A model generated the notes under the pieces. It was given only the letters and a program-made list of their open reading frames with translations. It ran no database searches and was not told where the DNA came from. A stretch of 64,000 nt of DNA, taken from IMG/VR virus record IMGVR_UViG_3300029555_000004, one strand, 5' to 3'. The translations under genes were made by a program, and so were the position numbers. This document shows positions 26,063-35,825 of the stretch, one piece after another. Every line of letters starts with the position of its first letter. Position 1 is the stretch's first letter. Source of the stretch: a virus.

Positions 26063-26257
26063 ATGAATTATAAAGCCGAAATAGTAGCACTTAAAAGCTT
26101 ACTCGCTGACACCGATTACAAGGCATTAAAACATGCTGATGGTGCAATGAGTGATGAAGAATACGAGTCTGTTAGAGTACAGAGAGAAGAATGGCGTAGA
26201 CTTATCAACGAATATGAAGAAAGAGTGAAAGATATGGATGAATCTGAGTTTATGTAA
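26063..26257 (+). CDS. small coiled-coil protein (possible fiber chaperone), paralog of 48134..48370
   Basis: DYKALKHADGAMSDEEYESVRVQREEWRRLINEYE aligns with DWKVIKALEYQLAG..SERQAIRDEINQIE. Confidence 0.4.
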   Translation: MNYKAEIVALKSLLADTDYKALKHADGAMSDEEYESVRVQREEWRRLINEYEERVKDMDESEFM

Positions 26258-26309
26258 TTAACTAAAGAAAGCTTTAGTTAAGCAACCAAATTTAAGAAAG
26301 AGAGGAAAT

Positions 26310-26702
26310 ATGAGAGGATTAGTTCGTCAAAAACAAAAAGTATATTGGTCACGAATATCCGAAAAGACAGAAGGATTAGACCGAATTAAGGTTTATGAGA
26401 AACCAGCTTTGTACTCTTTTTCCGTATCATCTACAGCCGGAACACCGGAAGAAATCGCAGCCGGAATAGTGCCAGATTATGACAGATACATTACAAGCTT
26501 TAATCGAAATTTCCATCCACAGGAAGCAGATATATTTTGGATAGACAGAATCCCACAAATAAGCGAGGATGGAAGCCTTATTTTGGACGAAGATGGCGAG
26601 CCTACAGTATTGCCAGATTATGTACTAAAGAAGATTTTAGACACACAAAAAGGCAATATTGCCAGATACGGAATTTCCAAGAGAGGAAATGAGGATGGGT
26701 AA
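26310..26702 (+). CDS. head-tail joining protein (putative)
   Basis: 130 aa. Call by position only. Confidence 0.3.
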   Translation: MRGLVRQKQKVYWSRISEKTEGLDRIKVYEKPALYSFSVSSTAGTPEEIAAGIVPDYDRYITSFNRNFHPQEADIFWIDRIPQISEDGSLILDEDGEPTVLPDYVLKKILDTQKGNIARYGISKRGNEDG

Positions 26703-27210
26703 GACAATAAAGTGTACCTTATCACAGAAGTCAATCCGGAATGCTATTGATGAAATAAAAAATTATCAAAAATCTTTAAGGAGCAAAAATGAAATCTTCA
26801 TAAAAAGATTATGTGAATTAGGGATTCCAGTTATTGACCAAAATATTTTGGCAGCACAAGGCGATTCTGATAAAAACTACAATACTTACATCAAAATTAA
26901 CAGTTTTGGTAATTATGCAGAAGCCCATTTAATATGCGAAGGCAAAAGCATTTTATTCATTGAATTCGGCGCTGGTATTTACCAAAATGGTGCAGCCGGT
27001 TCTAGCCCACATCCAAAAGGAGAAGAATTTGGTTATACAATCGGTTCTTACGGACAAGGAAAAGGAAAATACGATTCCTGGGTATATGTCTCCGATTCTG
27101 GCGAATGGGTTCGCTCTTACGGTACAGAAGCCACAATGCCAATGTATAAGGCAAGCGTAGAAATCATTCAGAATATCCGCAAAATCGCCAAAGAGGTGTT
27201 CTCTTCCTAA
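26695..27210 (+). CDS. HK97 gp10-like tail component
   Basis: ORF track 26659..27210. Start moved to ATG 26695. IEFGAG motif and size are typical of the gp10 family. Confidence 0.45.
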   Translation: MGKTIKCTLSQKSIRNAIDEIKNYQKSLRSKNEIFIKRLCELGIPVIDQNILAAQGDSDKNYNTYIKINSFGNYAEAHLICEGKSILFIEFGAGIYQNGAAGSSPHPKGEEFGYTIGSYGQGKGKYDSWVYVSDSGEWVRSYGTEATMPMYKASVEIIQNIRKIAKEVFSS

Positions 27211-27214
27211 AGAA

Positions 27215-27258
27215 GATACCATAATATACTGAATGATACCAACTAATTATGTTATCAT
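27215..27258 (+). promoter_or_regulatory. conserved late-region element, copy B
   Basis: GATACC-N4-TATACTGAATGATACC-N7-TATGTTATCAT. Confidence 0.55.
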
Positions 27259-27286
27259 TACAGTGTTAAATTGTAGCATAAAATGC

Positions 27287-27321
27287 AATGCGTTCACTAT
27301 GAAGGTGGGCGCATTTTTTAT
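27287..27321 (+). terminator. hairpin plus T-run following element B
   Basis: AATGCG..CAC..GTG..CGCATT interrupted stem, then TTTTTTA. Confidence 0.4.
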
Positions 27322-27336
27322 TGTGAGGTGACAGAT

Positions 27337-27738
27337 ATGCCGGACACAATAGAATCCCCTGTACTGGAAGTTTTTTCAAGGTGGGGAGCGGCTGTTTCTA
27401 AGATTACCGGTGCAGACAATTATTCCATGGATGGGAGCGAGACAAATGCTTCCGGAAAAAAGGCATATGCACAGCTTTATATGCTCGGAAATCCAACTAC
27501 GAAAGGTGACCTTGAAGGGGATGAATGCGCAACAATGCCATCATTTCAAGTAAATTGTTTCACATCTGGTAGCAAAGCATTAACCAGAGTGTATGAATTG
27601 GACAAGATAAGTCACAAAGCTATGGTGAGCATGGGATTCCGTCGTACATATGGACCGGAGCTTATGTTTTTTGGTGACAGTGGAATCAAAAAGCTTGTGA
27701 GCCGATACAGCCGGATATATACAGGAAAATTACTTTGA
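27337..27738 (+). CDS. tail completion / tail terminator-like protein (putative)
   Basis: ORF track 27283..27738. Start moved to ATG 27337 behind GAGGTG. Call by position only. Confidence 0.3.
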   Translation: MPDTIESPVLEVFSRWGAAVSKITGADNYSMDGSETNASGKKAYAQLYMLGNPTTKGDLEGDECATMPSFQVNCFTSGSKALTRVYELDKISHKAMVSMGFRRTYGPELMFFGDSGIKKLVSRYSRIYTGKLL

Positions 27739-27796
27739 AACCAATGAACGCATAGACGTTCTTTTTTTATGCTTAAAACGAAAGCGAGGTGAGATT

Positions 27797-28090
27797 ATGG
27801 ATCAGATTTTAAGTTATGTAAAGCCAGAATTACTTATTGTCGTTGTATTTCTTTATTTTATCGGAGAAATGATTAAAAAGTCAGAGAATATTTCTGACAA
27901 ATTTATTCCAATGATTTTAGGAATTCTTGGTGTATTAATTTGCGGTCTTTATGTTTTTGCAACATCTACAGTTTCCGGTTCACAGGAAGTTGCAATGGCA
28001 CTGTTTACCGCAATTACACAAGGCGTTATCGTTGCCGGATTAAGTAATTATGTAAATCAAATTATTAAGCAAGCAGGAAAAGAAGAGTAG
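27797..28090 (+). CDS. holin-like protein (three TM segments)
   Basis: 97 aa. ELLIVVVFLYFIGEMIKK..FIPMILGILGVLICGLYVF..ALFTAITQGVIVAGLSNYVNQ matches the LL-H/phi-LC3-type holin layout. Confidence 0.55.
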   Translation: MDQILSYVKPELLIVVVFLYFIGEMIKKSENISDKFIPMILGILGVLICGLYVFATSTVSGSQEVAMALFTAITQGVIVAGLSNYVNQIIKQAGKEE

Positions 28091-28165
28091 AAAGGCGGTG
28101 ATCCGCTATCTCCCGGCACAGGGTTACGTGCATAAAGCTTAAATTAAAGAAAGGAGCCTATTAAA

Positions 28166-28696
28166 ATGGCAGATTTAACAACACTTGGCGTAACTTTTCA
28201 TTACGGTGTTGAAACCGTTAAAGGAACGAAGCCAACTGCATTCACCTGGTTAAAAAGATGTAGTTCTATTGGTGGAATTTCTCTTGATACAGAACAGATT
28301 GACGTATCCGCACTCGAAGACTTCATTACACAGTACGCATCTGGTAGACAGGATACTGGTGGTACTTGGGATGTAACCTTCAATCTTAACGCTGATGTTA
28401 TCACAGCATTAAAGAAGCTTATGACTGATACGGCAACAGGAAAGACAAAAGGATTTAGAGTTTGGTTTGAAGTTGTATTTCCAGACCTCGAAGATGCATT
28501 CTTTGTTATCGCAGACCCTGGAAAAAATATTCCACTGTCTGACATTGGGCAGAATGAAGCAGCAACAATTCCGCTGTCTCTCATTATTCAGGAATACAAA
28601 GGTCTTGATACAAAAGTTGTTTCCGAAGAGCTTGCACAGGCTTTAGACACCGCAAAAGCAGTAGCAGATTCCACAGGCGCAATGGCACTCAGCTAA
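28166..28696 (+). CDS. major tail protein
   Basis: 176 aa, immediately upstream of the chaperone pair and tape measure. Confidence 0.6.
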   Translation: MADLTTLGVTFHYGVETVKGTKPTAFTWLKRCSSIGGISLDTEQIDVSALEDFITQYASGRQDTGGTWDVTFNLNADVITALKKLMTDTATGKTKGFRVWFEVVFPDLEDAFFVIADPGKNIPLSDIGQNEAATIPLSLIIQEYKGLDTKVVSEELAQALDTAKAVADSTGAMALS

Positions 28697-28720
28697 TAAA
28701 TATATCGGGAGGATTATAAA

Positions 28721-29149
28721 ATGGTAACTTTTAATGTACATGGAAAAGAATATAAGGTTGTATTTGGATATGGACTTCTTACAAAAACAGATGTGCTGGA
28801 CAAGGTACAGGGAATTACAGATGGAAAAGAGAGAAGCCTTCAGAAGATGATTTCTCTTCTCCCGGAACTGCTTCTTGCCGGACTTCAAAAGAAGCACAAG
28901 GAAGAGTTTGGGTATGAAAGTGATTCTGAAAAAGAAGCTGCTCTTGATAAAGTCTGTGACCTTTTGGATGATTACGAAGATGAAGGAACTGAGGAAAATC
29001 CAAAAAGCGGATTTGATTTATACCAACTTCTCGACAAAGAATTGGAGAAAAATGGTTTTTTATCCGGTCTGCTGAATGCAGTAGCAGAAGCACAGGCAGT
29101 GGAGAAGAATGCAACGAAGCTTCCGCAGGATCACAAAAAGAAAAATTAA
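28721..29149 (+). CDS. tail assembly chaperone (G-like)
   Basis: 142 aa, acidic C-terminal half, located before the tape measure. Confidence 0.6.
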   Translation: MVTFNVHGKEYKVVFGYGLLTKTDVLDKVQGITDGKERSLQKMISLLPELLLAGLQKKHKEEFGYESDSEKEAALDKVCDLLDDYEDEGTEENPKSGFDLYQLLDKELEKNGFLSGLLNAVAEAQAVEKNATKLPQDHKKKN

Positions 29150-29544
29150 CTTTTCGAGAAGCTGTTTACCAAGAGATTCTTCCTTTATACCTCTCTATTG
29201 GTGTATCTAAAGAAGAATTTATGGATTCTACTCCAACAGAGTTAAAGCCTTATCTTGAAGCTGAAAAGATACGCCAAAAGAGGAAAGATGCCGAACTCTG
29301 GCAAGCGGGCATTTATGAAACATCAGCCACATTCACAGCTGTTGCAAATGCTTTAATCGGAAAAAAATCCAAGGCAGAGTATTTGAAGAAACCTTTACTT
29401 GAATCAGCAGAGGAAGAAAAGCGTAAACAGGAAGGTATACTTTCCGAAGAAGAAAAGAAAAAACAGAGAAACGCACTTTTGGCAAGCTTGCAACTCATGC
29501 AGGCAAGCTTTGAGCTTAACCATGAAAAGGGCAGGCAGGATTAA
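29134..29544 (+). other. -1 frameshift extension giving a G-T-like chaperone fusion
   Basis: C-AAA-AAG (29134-29140) is near the G stop. The -1 frame is open from here through ORF 29221..29544. Confidence 0.55.
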
Positions 29545-29593
29545 CACTCTTGTCTGCCCTTTATTTTTTTGTAAAAAAGGAGGGATAAATAAA

Positions 29594-32500
29594 ATGGCTG
29601 ACAATACCATTGATACCCTTGATATACAGATTAGCAGTAGTACAGAAAAAGCAGTACGTGCGCTGACTAATCTTTCAAATAAACTTACAGAAGTTAATTC
29701 CGCATTAAGCGGAGTTAATACAAATGGACTGCGTAGTTGTGTAAGGGAACTTGGAAAACTAAAAGAACTTGATATAGGGAAAATGACAAGCATTGCTGAT
29801 GGAATTGGAAAATTCTCAAATTCCATAAAGACAATGGGCGGAGTAGATTATAAAGGCTCTGGTCTGAATGCAGTTATCAACTCAATCAACAGGCTTAGCC
29901 AGATTGATGTTAGTGGATTTGATTCTGGAAAACTTGGAGAAATAATCCATAAATTAAGCAATTTGGCAGAGATTCCAGATGTATCTTCCGGTGTTAATCG
30001 TTTTGTTAATTCAATGGCTAGATTAGCCAATTCCGGTGAATATATTGCGAATGTATCAGCTGAATTGCCTGGGCTTGGAAGAAATCTTAAATCAATTGTA
30101 GAGAGTTTTACGAGCGTTGGCGATATATCTGAACCTGTGAATAGGTTAGTTCAGTCTATTGCACAATTGGCAAGCTCTGGAAATAAAATCGGACAAACAT
30201 CAAGCCAACTTGGAACACTAGCAAAGGAAGTATTATCTTTCTTCGATGTGATGAAAACTGCGCCTAAAATCAGCGAAAACACTGTAAGAATGACAGAAGC
30301 TTTGGCACATTTAGCTACTGCAAGTGGGAAAATAAATAAAGTCACAAATTCTCTTACGAATTCATTTTCGAGATTATCAAATGCCACAAATGGACTTGGA
30401 AATGCAGGAAGAAAATTATCTTCCATGATTGGCTCTGCAAGCTCTGCACTAGCTAATTTTGGAAATACCGCAAATGTAACCACAAGGAAGACTGGTTCAT
30501 TAACTTCACAGCTTGCAGGATTATATGCAAAATTTTTTACTGTGACAAGAGGAATTAAAGCACTTTGGAATTCTGTAAAGTCTGCATCTAATTATGTTGA
30601 AACATTGAACTATTTCAATTCTGCGTTCGATCAAGTTACTGATGGATTAGATATCAGCAAGTGGCAGAATGCAGGAGTAAAATCCGCAGAGGAATATGTT
30701 GGTTCTTTTGAAAAACGTGCAAAAGAACTTACAAAAAAAATGACTGGATTTGAAGTATCAGATGCAGGAGATCTGACACGTATATCTGGTGGCAGTCTAG
30801 GTCTTAATCCAAACGACACCATGAATTATCAAGCTACTTATGCGCAGATGGCATCATCAATGGGGGCAACAGCAGATGCATCAACTAAGGTTTCACAAGC
30901 TTTAACAGAAATCGGATCAGACCTTGCTTCTGTAAAAAATCTTGAATTCAACGATGTTTGGAATGATATGGCTTCTGGCATAACCGGAATGAGCAGGGCA
31001 CTTGATAAATATGGTATTAATATCCGTGTAGCAAATTTACAACAGGAACTTTATAATCTTGGAATTGACGCTACTGTATCAAGTCTAAGCCAGTCAGATA
31101 AAGCTATATTAAGAACAATTACAATATTGAATAGTTCTAAATATGCATGGGCTGATTTGGCTTCAACAATTAATCAACCAGCCAACCAGGTTCGTATGTT
31201 GAAATCTAATTTCGAAGCACTTGGTAGAAGTATCGGAACATTGTTCCTCCCTATTGTTGCAAAAGTACTTCCATATATTAACGGTCTTTTTATGGCATTG
31301 GAAAGAGCTTTTTCTTGGCTCGCAAAACTACTTGGCATTAAGCTATCGGATTATGTATCTTCAACTGGAAAAGCTTCAGTCGATATGGGAGATATTGCAG
31401 ACAGCACAGATAATGCTGCATCCGGGCTCGACAATGCAAACGACAATGCGAAGAAATTACAAAAAACTCTTTCTGTTCTTTCCTTCGATGAATTGAACCA
31501 GTTGAATGATAACAAGACATCAAGTTCAAGTGGAAGCTCGGGCAGCGGGGCTCCGGGAAGTGCCCATATACCAGAACTGGACGCTGCTTTCGATAAAGCA
31601 CTTTCTGATTATCAAAAAGCATGGGATCAAGCATTTGCAAATGTTGAGAATAAAGCGCAAACTGTATCTGATAAGATTATCAAGGCATTTAAACAAATCA
31701 GAAAGAATGCAAAGCCAACCACTGCCGCAATAAAGAAGCTTTATAATGAAGGTCTAAGCAGACTAGGAAATTTTTCGATTAATGCTTTGAAAAATTTGTG
31801 GAAGAATTACCTCCAGCCAATCGGTAAATGGTCATTATCAAACAACTCAGGATTTCCAAGATTCTTTAACATTACAAATGATTTGCTGACAAAAATCAAC
31901 TGGTTAAAGCTCCAAACTTCTTTAGAAGGATTGTTTACTATGCTCCAAAAGCCAACACAATTTGTTTGGACGGGACTTATGGATTTTTACGAGCATTTTC
32001 TCGTTCCAGTCGGAACTTGGACGATGAACGGCGCAATTCCACAATTAGTTGATGCGTTGACCAGTTTCGGAAACAACATTCATTGGGAAGAACTTAATAA
32101 ATCACTGAAAAATTTCTGGGATGCATTGGCTCCATTTGCAAAGAATGTAGGACAAGGCATTGTGGATTTTTATAAAGATTTACTTAATGTCGGAGAGAAT
32201 TTCATCAATTCAACTGTTCCTGGAGGTCTAAATTCTATCGCAGAAGCAATAAAAAATATAAGTCCCGAAACAGCACAAGCTATAGGAAAGAGTCTCGGCC
32301 AAATTTCTTTGGCGATTCTAGGATTCAAAGGATTAACCTTTATTGGTGGAATCATTGGAAAAGACAGCCCATTAGGAAAAGGACTTTCTTTACTGGCAAA
32401 ACATCCTTATGCGTCAATGGCACTTGGCATCGGTGGAATCGTACTTGCGCTTGATAATTTCGGAGTTATTGATGTTGACTGGGAGTGGATTTGGAGCAGT

Positions 32501-34534
32501 ATTGACCGTGTAAAAACCTCAATACAGAATTTTATTGATAAGGTTGATTGGAATGCTGTTGGAACTGCTATTGGAAATTTATGGTCTGCATTCCAACCAT
32601 TTGCAGAGGGATTTGCAGATGCGTTGATTACCGGGCTTGAAGGAATAATTAATATCGGAGCGGATTTAATTAACGGTATTGCAAATGCAATTAATTGGCT
32701 GGCTGAAAAATTAAGTGGAATTGATCCAGAATTTATAAAACAAGTTGGTGCTGCATTCGGAACATTGTTTGCGATCAAAATAGCCAAAGATATTGCCACC
32801 GAAATCTTTTCCTTTGCTAGCGGAATCGGTTCATTAGCTTCAAAACTTTTAAATTTCCCACTTGATACCGCATCTTCTCTTCCCACTATCATCGGTGATA
32901 TTGGTGGAGCAGCGGAAACGGCTGGAAATGGCGGGTTTACTACACTTGCAGAAAAGATAAAAAATCTCGGTGATGTCGCACAAACAGCTGGTGGACAATT
33001 CCAAGGATTTTGGGGATACGCAACTAATTTAGGCGCAACTGCATTTGTCATGGAAGGACTTGGACAGGTAAAAAAAGCTATGGACTTTAAAGACTCCACA
33101 GCTGACGCATTCAACGATTTTGAAGTTGTTAGAAAAGCATTAAAAATCCTTGAAGACCAAACTGGAATTTCCGGAGATAAATTTATCGGTCTTGGCGGTG
33201 ATTTAAAAAATGTGAAAGACAATGCATTTGATTTTGATGGACAGCTTCAAACCGTAGAAACATCACTTGAAAATCTTGGAATTTCTTCCGATACATTTAA
33301 GCAAGCATTAAAACAGGCAATGGAAGAATCCGATACTTCTACAAATTCTCATGTAAGTAATATTAATGAATATATCGGTACGATGGGGACAGAATTTGAT
33401 AATGCGAAATCTGCATTAGAAAGACTTTCAAATCAAGCGGTAATCACTCCAACGCAGTTTGATGAATTAAGTGCTGTCCTTCAGCAACAAGAATCATCTG
33501 GTGCAACAGCCAGAGCCGCATTCCAAGCCTTGATGGATAAAATGGCAGAGATGGGAATTGACACAGGAAAAGTTATTAAAGCTTTTTCAGAAGATGTTCC
33601 AAAAGCTTCATCAACAATGAGCAAATCAGTGGAAACAGCTACGAAATCCATTTCTTCAAAATCTAAGACTGGTTTTGGAATAGCCAGTGCAGCTGTAAGC
33701 ACAGCAATGGCTGGAATGAAAAAAAGCACAGAAAGCACAATGCCTTCCATTTGGTCAAAGATAAAGAACACGAATGATGATGTTGAAACCAACTCTAAAA
33801 CCAATTGGGGAAATTCTGCAAGTGCTGTATCGACAGCCCTCGGAACCATGGACACTGATACAAGAAATGTAATGGGTAAGGTTATGACAACCATTCAAAG
33901 TTATTGGTCTTCCGTTTTGATCAATACAAACCAGATTTGGGAAAAGGCTTCTGGCAAGGTTGATACAGAAACCGAAAACATGAAGACTTATACAGAATCT
34001 AACTTATCTGGTATTTCAGATTATATCACAAGTCTGTTCAAAAATGATTTAACATCAATGGGTAGGGAAACTGCACAATCTTTCGCCAATGGTATGAAAC
34101 AAGTTCATCTACCAACATTAACATATCGAATCTCTGAATGGAGAAAGCATAACCTCGGAAACGGAAAAACCAGTTCTACACCAGTTTATAAGCCTAATTG
34201 GTACGCCAAAGGTGGTCTTTTTAATGGCGCACAGGTAATTGGTATCGGTGAAGCTGGTTCTGAAGCCGTTCTTCCTTTGGAAAATCCACGAACCATGAAG
34301 AAGATCGCGGACAGCATTGTTTCCAGCTCAGACGGAAGCATGGGACTTACAAAAGAAGAAATGGCAAAAGCAGTAGCCCAGGGAGTTGCAATGGCAATGA
34401 GTATGAACAGCGGAAACAAGAATCCGCAGTACATTATGAACAGTATTATTCTGGACGGAAGCGAGATTGCAAAAGCAGTAACAAAAGCCCAAAATGATAC
34501 AGATAGCCGTTTCAAACCGTCCCCGGCATATTGA
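29594..34534 (+). CDS. tail tape measure protein (1646 aa)
   Basis: ORF track 29399..34534. Start moved to ATG 29594 behind AAAGGAGGGA. Very long, Ala/Ser/Gly/Asn-rich, with internal hydrophobic segments. Confidence 0.85.
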   Translation: MADNTIDTLDIQISSSTEKAVRALTNLSNKLTEVNSALSGVNTNGLRSCVRELGKLKELDIGKMTSIADGIGKFSNSIKTMGGVDYKGSGLNAVINSINRLSQIDVSGFDSGKLGEIIHKLSNLAEIPDVSSGVNRFVNSMARLANSGEYIANVSAELPGLGRNLKSIVESFTSVGDISEPVNRLVQSIAQLASSGNKIGQTSSQLGTLAKEVLSFFDVMKTAPKISENTVRMTEALAHLATASGKINKVTNSLTNSFSRLSNATNGLGNAGRKLSSMIGSASSALANFGNTANVTTRKTGSLTSQLAGLYAKFFTVTRGIKALWNSVKSASNYVETLNYFNSAFDQVTDGLDISKWQNAGVKSAEEYVGSFEKRAKELTKKMTGFEVSDAGDLTRISGGSLGLNPNDTMNYQATYAQMASSMGATADASTKVSQALTEIGSDLASVKNLEFNDVWNDMASGITGMSRALDKYGINIRVANLQQELYNLGIDATVSSLSQSDKAILRTITILNSSKYAWADLASTINQPANQVRMLKSNFEALGRSIGTLFLPIVAKVLPYINGLFMALERAFSWLAKLLGIKLSDYVSSTGKASVDMGDIADSTDNAASGLDNANDNAKKLQKTLSVLSFDELNQLNDNKTSSSSGSSGSGAPGSAHIPELDAAFDKALSDYQKAWDQAFANVENKAQTVSDKIIKAFKQIRKNAKPTTAAIKKLYNEGLSRLGNFSINALKNLWKNYLQPIGKWSLSNNSGFPRFFNITNDLLTKINWLKLQTSLEGLFTMLQKPTQFVWTGLMDFYEHFLVPVGTWTMNGAIPQLVDALTSFGNNIHWEELNKSLKNFWDALAPFAKNVGQGIVDFYKDLLNVGENFINSTVPGGLNSIAEAIKNISPETAQAIGKSLGQISLAILGFKGLTFIGGIIGKDSPLGKGLSLLAKHPYASMALGIGGIVLALDNFGVIDVDWEWIWSSIDRVKTSIQNFIDKVDWNAVGTAIGNLWSAFQPFAEGFADALITGLEGIINIGADLINGIANAINWLAEKLSGIDPEFIKQVGAAFGTLFAIKIAKDIATEIFSFASGIGSLASKLLNFPLDTASSLPTIIGDIGGAAETAGNGGFTTLAEKIKNLGDVAQTAGGQFQGFWGYATNLGATAFVMEGLGQVKKAMDFKDSTADAFNDFEVVRKALKILEDQTGISGDKFIGLGGDLKNVKDNAFDFDGQLQTVETSLENLGISSDTFKQALKQAMEESDTSTNSHVSNINEYIGTMGTEFDNAKSALERLSNQAVITPTQFDELSAVLQQQESSGATARAAFQALMDKMAEMGIDTGKVIKAFSEDVPKASSTMSKSVETATKSISSKSKTGFGIASAAVSTAMAGMKKSTESTMPSIWSKIKNTNDDVETNSKTNWGNSASAVSTALGTMDTDTRNVMGKVMTTIQSYWSSVLINTNQIWEKASGKVDTETENMKTYTESNLSGISDYITSLFKNDLTSMGRETAQSFANGMKQVHLPTLTYRISEWRKHNLGNGKTSSTPVYKPNWYAKGGLFNGAQVIGIGEAGSEAVLPLENPRTMKKIADSIVSSSDGSMGLTKEEMAKAVAQGVAMAMSMNSGNKNPQYIMNSIILDGSEIAKAVTKAQNDTDSRFKPSPAY

Positions 34535-34559
34535 TTTTTGACTGATTGTGTGGTATAAT
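34531..34559 (+). promoter_or_regulatory. extended -10 promoter at the left edge of the accessory island
   Basis: TTGATT (34531-34536), 17-nt spacer, TG-g-TATAAT (34551-34559). Confidence 0.5.
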
Positions 34560-34697
34560 TTTTTTAATGAAGAAGTACACACGGTCTTGATTTTTGAGCC
34601 GCTAAGAAGAAATTAACATTTCTCAATTTTGAGGAATTTTTATCTTACTTGGCGGCTCTTTTTTATTTTATCCATCAATATAAGGAGGAATGGAAGA

Positions 34698-35387
34698 ATG
34701 GGAAATGAAGTTTTAGTAACAAGCGAACAGACACCTATTGAGATTGCACTTGGGATTGACGAAGAAGGCATGACTACTGCAAGAAAACTATATTCATTTT
34801 TAGAACTTGCACAGGGACAATTTTCAAGATGGGCGAAAACAAATATTATCGACAATTCATTTGCGGTAGAAAATGAAGACTATTGGGGGTTCGACATTGA
34901 TGTCGAGGGTAATAAAACTGTTGATTATAAGATAACTGCCCATTTTGCCAAAAAACTTTCAATGCTATCAAAATCTGAAAGAGGAGAACAAGCAAGAAAT
35001 TATTTTATTGGTTGCGAACAATCCTTAAAAATTGCTTTTAAAAAGCAGCGTGCAGCAGAACTTGAACGAGCCAAAGGAATAGCAGTAAGACAGGCATTGA
35101 CAAAGGCAATCCAGCAATCTTCTGAAAATGAAAGAATGCACGGACATGCCTATTCTACATATACGGACGTTATTTACAAGTCCATATTTGGCAAAAACGC
35201 CAAGCAACTAAGAGAGGAATTCGGAATCACAAAAAAAGAAAGTATGAGAGATTATTTTTCAGAAGAAGAGTTGGTGAAAGTTCAGAACGCAGAAATGCTT
35301 GTAAGTGCGTTGGTCGGATATGGCTGGGGGTATAACGAAATTAAAGAATTTATTCTGAATAAAGGAATTAATAAAATTGCGGCATAA
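34698..35387 (+). CDS. antirepressor-like protein (Ant/KilAC-type), paralog 1
   Basis: ORF track 34629..35387. Start moved to ATG 34698 behind AAGGAGG. AHFAKKLSMLSKSERGEQARNYFIGCEQ parallels DTAKEMAMLERNDKGKQVRKYFIQVEE of 40779..41594. Confidence 0.55.
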   Translation: MGNEVLVTSEQTPIEIALGIDEEGMTTARKLYSFLELAQGQFSRWAKTNIIDNSFAVENEDYWGFDIDVEGNKTVDYKITAHFAKKLSMLSKSERGEQARNYFIGCEQSLKIAFKKQRAAELERAKGIAVRQALTKAIQQSSENERMHGHAYSTYTDVIYKSIFGKNAKQLREEFGITKKESMRDYFSEEELVKVQNAEMLVSALVGYGWGYNEIKEFILNKGINKIAA

Positions 35388-35477
35388 ATTTTGATCTTTT
35401 AGACAGCTCGCATTTAAAATGAGGTCTGGAAATGTTCGATTTAAAATAGAACCTTACAATGGGGAGGGAAAGCAAAA

Positions 35478-35693
35478 ATGTCATATAAAAATTATTGCGT
35501 TGTAAGCAAAGAAGTGCTTCATAATAGAAATATTTCCCTTGAAGCAAAGGGAATATACGCTTTAATGATGAGTGTTGGCAAAGATAATTTTAATGTAAAG
35601 GAATTATATGATCTTTCAAAAGAAGAAATAAATGTTATTGATAATGCGATAAATGAGTTAGAAAAACTCGGTTACGTAACTCTTGAAAAATAA
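35478..35693 (+). CDS. winged-helix DNA-binding protein
   Basis: 71 aa. ...SLEAKGIYALMMSV...INELEKLGYV resembles N-terminal domains of replication-organiser-type proteins. Confidence 0.4.
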   Translation: MSYKNYCVVSKEVLHNRNISLEAKGIYALMMSVGKDNFNVKELYDLSKEEINVIDNAINELEKLGYVTLEK

Positions 35694-35825
35694 TTCGGTA
35701 AAATCAGTGGGCTAGGTTGGCCGCCGAAAAGCGTAATTCCATGATACGTCTGTCCACTGTTTTTATAAATCATGGGTCTGCGACAAGAAAGTAGTCACGC
35801 ATTAACGACATGGAGGTTATCTAAT

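Noticed and set aside
29404-34582. Numerous antisense or alternative-frame ORFs inside the tape-measure gene (for example 32407..33222, 271 aa). Similar shadows occur in capsid (19039..19857), portal, tail-protein and ATPase genes.
   Set aside because: They are shadow ORFs of long, well-supported genes. They have no RBS and low-complexity translations.
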